DNA of 64,000 nt from Naegleria gruberi (lineage: Eukaryota). The notes beneath the pieces were generated by a model that saw only the letters and a program-made list of their open reading frames with translations, did not search any database and was not told the origin of the DNA. The stretch is taken from the NCBI GenBank assembly GCA_000004985.1, contig GG738882.1. One strand, 5' to 3'. A program made the position numbers and the translations under genes. Of this stretch, positions 60,801-64,000 are shown in pieces (within the stretch, counting starts at the first letter, position 1; every line of letters begins with the position of its first letter).

Positions 60801-61766
60801 NNNNNNNNNNNNNNNNNNNNNNNNNNNNNNNNNNNNNNNNNNNNNNNNNNNNNNNNNNNNNNNNNNNNNNNNNNNNNNNNNNNNNNNNNNNNNNNNNNNN
60901 NNNNNNNNNNNNNNNNNNNNNNNNNNNNNNNNNNNNNNNNNNNNNNNNNNNNNNNNNNNNNNNNNNNNNNNNNNNNNNNNNNNNNNNNNNNNNNNNNNNN
61001 NNNNNNNNNNNNNNNNNNNNNNNNNNNNNNNNNNNNNNNNNNNNNNNNNNNNNNNNNNNNNNNNNNNNNNNNNNNNNNNNNNNNNNNNNNNNNNNNNNNN
61101 NNNNNNNNNNNNNNNNNNNNNNNNNNNNNNNNNNNNNNNNNNNNNNNNNNNNNNNNNNNNNNNNNNNNNNNNNNNNNNNNNNNNNNNNNNNNNNNNNNNN
61201 NNNNNNNNNNNNNNNNNNNNNNNNNNNNNNNNNNNNNNNNNNNNNNNNNNNNNNNNNNNNNNNNNNNNNNNNNNNNNNNNNNNNNNNNNNNNNNNNNNNN
61301 NNNNNNNNNNNNNNNNNNNNNNNNNNNNNNNNNNNNNNNNNNNNNNNNNNNNNNNNNNNNNNNNNNNNNNNNNNNNNNNNNNNNNNNNNNNNNNNNNNNN
61401 NNNNNNNNNNNNNNNNNNNNNNNNNNNNNNNNNNNNNNNNNNNNNNNNNNNNNNNNNNNNNNNNNNNNNNNNNNNNNNNNNNNNNNNNNNNNNNNNNNNN
61501 NNNNNNNNNNNNNNNNNNNNNNNNNNNNNNNNNNNNNNNNNNNNNNNNNNNNNNNNNNNNNNNNNNNNNNNNNNNNNNNNNNNNNNNNNNNNNNNNNNNN
61601 NNNNNNNNNNNNNNNNNNNNNNNNNNNNNNNNNNNNNNNNNNNNNNNNNNNNNNNNNNNNNNNNNNNNNNNNNNNNNNNNNNNNNNNNNNNNNNNNNNNN
61701 NNNNNNNNNNNNNNNNNNNNNNNNNNNNNNNNNNNNNNNNNNNNNNNNNNNNNNNNNNNNNNNNNN
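57806..61766. other. assembly gap (3961 N)
   Basis: A run of n characters. The two 1350-aa 'ORFs' of X residues across it are artefacts. Confidence 0.99.
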
Positions 61767-62560
61767 GTAATGACAGATATTTAAAGGTCAGGTCAGTACT
61801 AACTTTTGAATTATGGACTTTGAGAAGTCAAATGTTTGGGACGTGAATCTACTCATTGGATTGAACAGGTATTGCTAATAAAGGAACATTTCATTGATTT
61901 ATTGATTATAACGGTCAAATTGAGTTGAATGTAAGTGAATCTAATGTTGATTGATCGTGGATGGGTAGTTTCGCCACGAAGTGGTGCAACTACCAACCTT
62001 TGTAGATTGAATCAGGTTGTTTTGCATGCAATATGAATAAGCAACATTATCAAGAGTGATTATTCACCAATTCAATGATCAATATTCAATAATCGGTTTG
62101 ATTTCAATCAATAGCTTGATCATCAAGCTTTGAATTAATATTCCAGTAATTAACGGCAGTCTATTTTTAAATTTAATCAAAGACCATATATAGTATCTAG
62201 ACTTTTATGATCTGGAAACTATCTAGATGTGTTCTATATTGAATAATCTATTTGAAAATGAGATGAATTAACTCTTCTATTGAGTTTTATTGGTATTGCA
62301 AGGTATTACGATTATAATAATCTACACAGAAATCACTCTTCAAATATAAACTGTACTACAATGTATGAGAAACATAACGGCGGTGGAATTAATCAATAAA
62401 TAATTGAAATGACTGAGATGGAATGTAAACTATGGTCTATTTGTCATGAAATGGTGACTAGACAGTGTCAATTTCATCAAATTATTTCAAACTGATTACA
62501 TTCAATAAAAAACCGTTCTATACATCAAACATGTCATACAGAATGAGTTTCAATATTTAA

Positions 62561-62793
62561 GGGTTTGGGTTTGGGTTTGGGTTTGGGTTTGGGTTTGGTT
62601 TGGGTTTGGGTTTGGTTTGGGTTTGGGTTTGGTTTGGGTTTGGGTTTGGGTTTGGGTTTGGGTTTGGGTTTGGGTTTGGGTTTGGGTTTGGGTTTGGGTT
62701 TGGGTTTGGGTTTGGGTTTGGGTTTGGTTTGGGTTTGGGTTTGGGTTTGGGTTTGGGTTTGGGTTTGGGTTTGGGTTTGGGTTTGGGTTTGGG
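62561..62793 (+). repeat. interstitial telomere-like repeat (GGGTTT)n with GGTTT variant units, ~233 bp, followed by a 50-N gap (62794..62843)
   Basis: The repeat starts abruptly after ...caatatttaa and reads gggtttgggtttgggtttggtttgggtttggg.... The G-rich strand is on + and points toward the window end. Confidence 0.9.
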
Positions 62794-63034
62794 NNNNNNN
62801 NNNNNNNNNNNNNNNNNNNNNNNNNNNNNNNNNNNNNNNNNNNGTCATATAAGGATAGGTCATTAAGGTTTGAATGAATTGATATGAAAATCAATACCAA
62901 TTTTGAAATGCCATTATTAATTGATCTATATATGATATTGTAATTGAAAGATTTTAAAATTAATATGATTTCACTATCTTGACATTTATTATTCTCATGA
63001 TTACACTCCTGACATGTTGAATGATATCAAATTG

Positions 63035-63095
63035 TCATGAAACTGATACAGTGGTGTTTATTCACCATTAGTAAGGTACTGTATCAGTTTCATGA
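63035..63095. repeat. perfect 18-bp inverted repeat (hairpin, 25-nt loop) in subtelomeric unique DNA
   Basis: TCATGAAACTGATACAGT (63035..63052) ... ACTGTATCAGTTTCATGA (63078..63095). Confidence 0.8.
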
Positions 63096-63595
63096 TGATC
63101 TGTATAGTGGATGTCGTTGTCACATCCCTGTAGGTGTCAAGTAGATCAGCCATGTACCATGTATGATGTGGATGAATATCAAAATGATATTAATGTATTT
63201 CATTAACATATATAGATGTATTGGAAGTGAATTGAAGTGGTATAGATTTCTATCTTCGATGTTAGTATTGGTCAGTTGACAAGTTGAATAGTTAATTTCC
63301 TGAAATGATACCATAGTATTTGAAACTGATATATATTGTTATTAACATGATTTACAAGGTGATATATTGGTATGAATTGATTTTGAAATGTTTACATTGA
63401 TATTCTAATTGTCTAATCTATTATATGAAATTAACTTATATAAGTCATTATAATGATGTAATATTATGTTATTATATGATTATATATTCAATTTGGAGTA
63501 TATTGATATATAATATATTGATTTATAATGAGTATTTATTGAGAAAATCAATTAAGATGACTAAAAATCAAAATGTTGGGTCTGACCTTAGTCGT

Positions 63596-64000
63596 GGGTT
63601 TGGGTTTGGGTTTGGGTTTGGGTTTGGGTTTGGGTTTGGGTTTGGGTTTGGGTTTGGGTTTGGGTTTGGGTTTGGGTTTGGGTTTGGGTTTGGGTTTGGG
63701 TTTGGGTTTGGGTTTGGGTTTGGGTTTGGGTTTGGGTTTGGGTTTGGGTTTGGGTTTGGGTTTGGGTTTGGGTTTGGGTTTGGGTTTGGGTTTGGGTTTG
63801 GGTTTGGGTTTGGGTTTGGGTTTGGGTTTGGGTTTGGGTTTGGGTTTGGGTTTGGGTTTGGGTTTGGGTTTGGGTTTGGGTTTGGGTTTGGGTTTGGGTT
63901 TGGGTTTGGGTTTGGGTTTGGGTTTGGGTTTGGGTTTGGGTTTGGGTTTGGGTTTGGGTTTGGGTTTTGGGTTTGGGTTTGGGTTTGGGTTTGGGTTTGG
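63596..64000 (+). repeat. terminal telomeric array (GGGTTT)n, >=405 bp, running to the last base of the window
   Basis: About 67 near-perfect hexamers, with one GGGTTTT variant near 63965. The G-rich strand runs 5'->3' toward the end, which is the orientation expected of a true chromosome terminus. Confidence 0.9.

Noticed and set aside
57718-61784. Two ~1350-aa ORFs on the + strand consisting almost entirely of X
   Set aside because: They are translations of the 3961-N assembly gap and have no biological content.
62534-62900. ORFs encoding GLGLGL.../KPKPKP.../TQTQTQ... dipeptide repeats on both strands
   Set aside because: They are frame translations of the (GGGTTT)n array plus the 50-N gap, so they are artefacts.

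Overview
This is eukaryotic nuclear DNA. It is about two-thirds A+T and gene-dense on both strands, with TAA stops and GT-AG introns that use GTAAGT or GTATGT donors. Many introns are only 39-52 nt long. Proteins are rich in N, Q, S and H low-complexity runs, tRNA genes are present, and one gene is a polyubiquitin. By inference, the best fit is an amoebozoan genome of the dictyostelid (social-amoeba) type. No species is claimed.

The ORF track accepts TTG, GTG and CTG as 'M' starts, so track starts were not taken as evidence of a start codon. My in-line position counting slipped by 1 nt in at least one place, so splice-junction coordinates should be read as +/-2 nt.

Content, left to right:
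- glyoxalase I (3 exons)
- an RCC1-repeat protein
- a sensor-TM-HAMP-RGS receptor-like protein
- a WD40 protein
- an ABCB-type half transporter
- a divergent OPRT-like phosphoribosyltransferase
- a 3-unit polyubiquitin
- two identical tRNA-Trp(CCA) genes in inverted orientation, flanking a DUF4116-like repeat protein gene
- a second TM-sensor-TM-RGS protein
- a PAQR/hemolysin-III family protein
- an ADP-ribosylglycohydrolase
- a 4-5 exon hypothetical protein
- an F-box-like protein
- a 7-TM orphan membrane protein
- an EF-hand light-chain-like protein
- an acidic D/E/S-rich protein
- a histidine-phosphatase (RHGE) protein
- a Zn2Cys6-plus-ankyrin transcription factor
- a type II membrane protein
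- a 2181-aa single-exon adhesion-GPCR-like protein (NHL repeats, ~20 EGF-like repeats, GPS motif, 7TM, C-terminal RGS domain)
- a second Zn2Cys6 factor whose Cys6 motif is apparently rebuilt across two micro-exons
- a His/Ser-rich protein
- a second RCC1-like protein
- a type I membrane protein (NHL repeats, ~28 EGF-like repeats, TM) that spans a 50-N gap

The right end of the window is a chromosome-end-like structure. After a 3.96-kb N gap comes unique AT-rich sequence, then an interstitial (GGGTTT)n block, then 0.75 kb of unique sequence containing an 18-bp perfect hairpin, then a terminal (GGGTTT)n array that runs to the last base. The G-rich strand reads 5'->3' toward the end.

The most notable theme is that three separate genes attach an RGS (G-alpha GAP) domain directly to a membrane receptor module.
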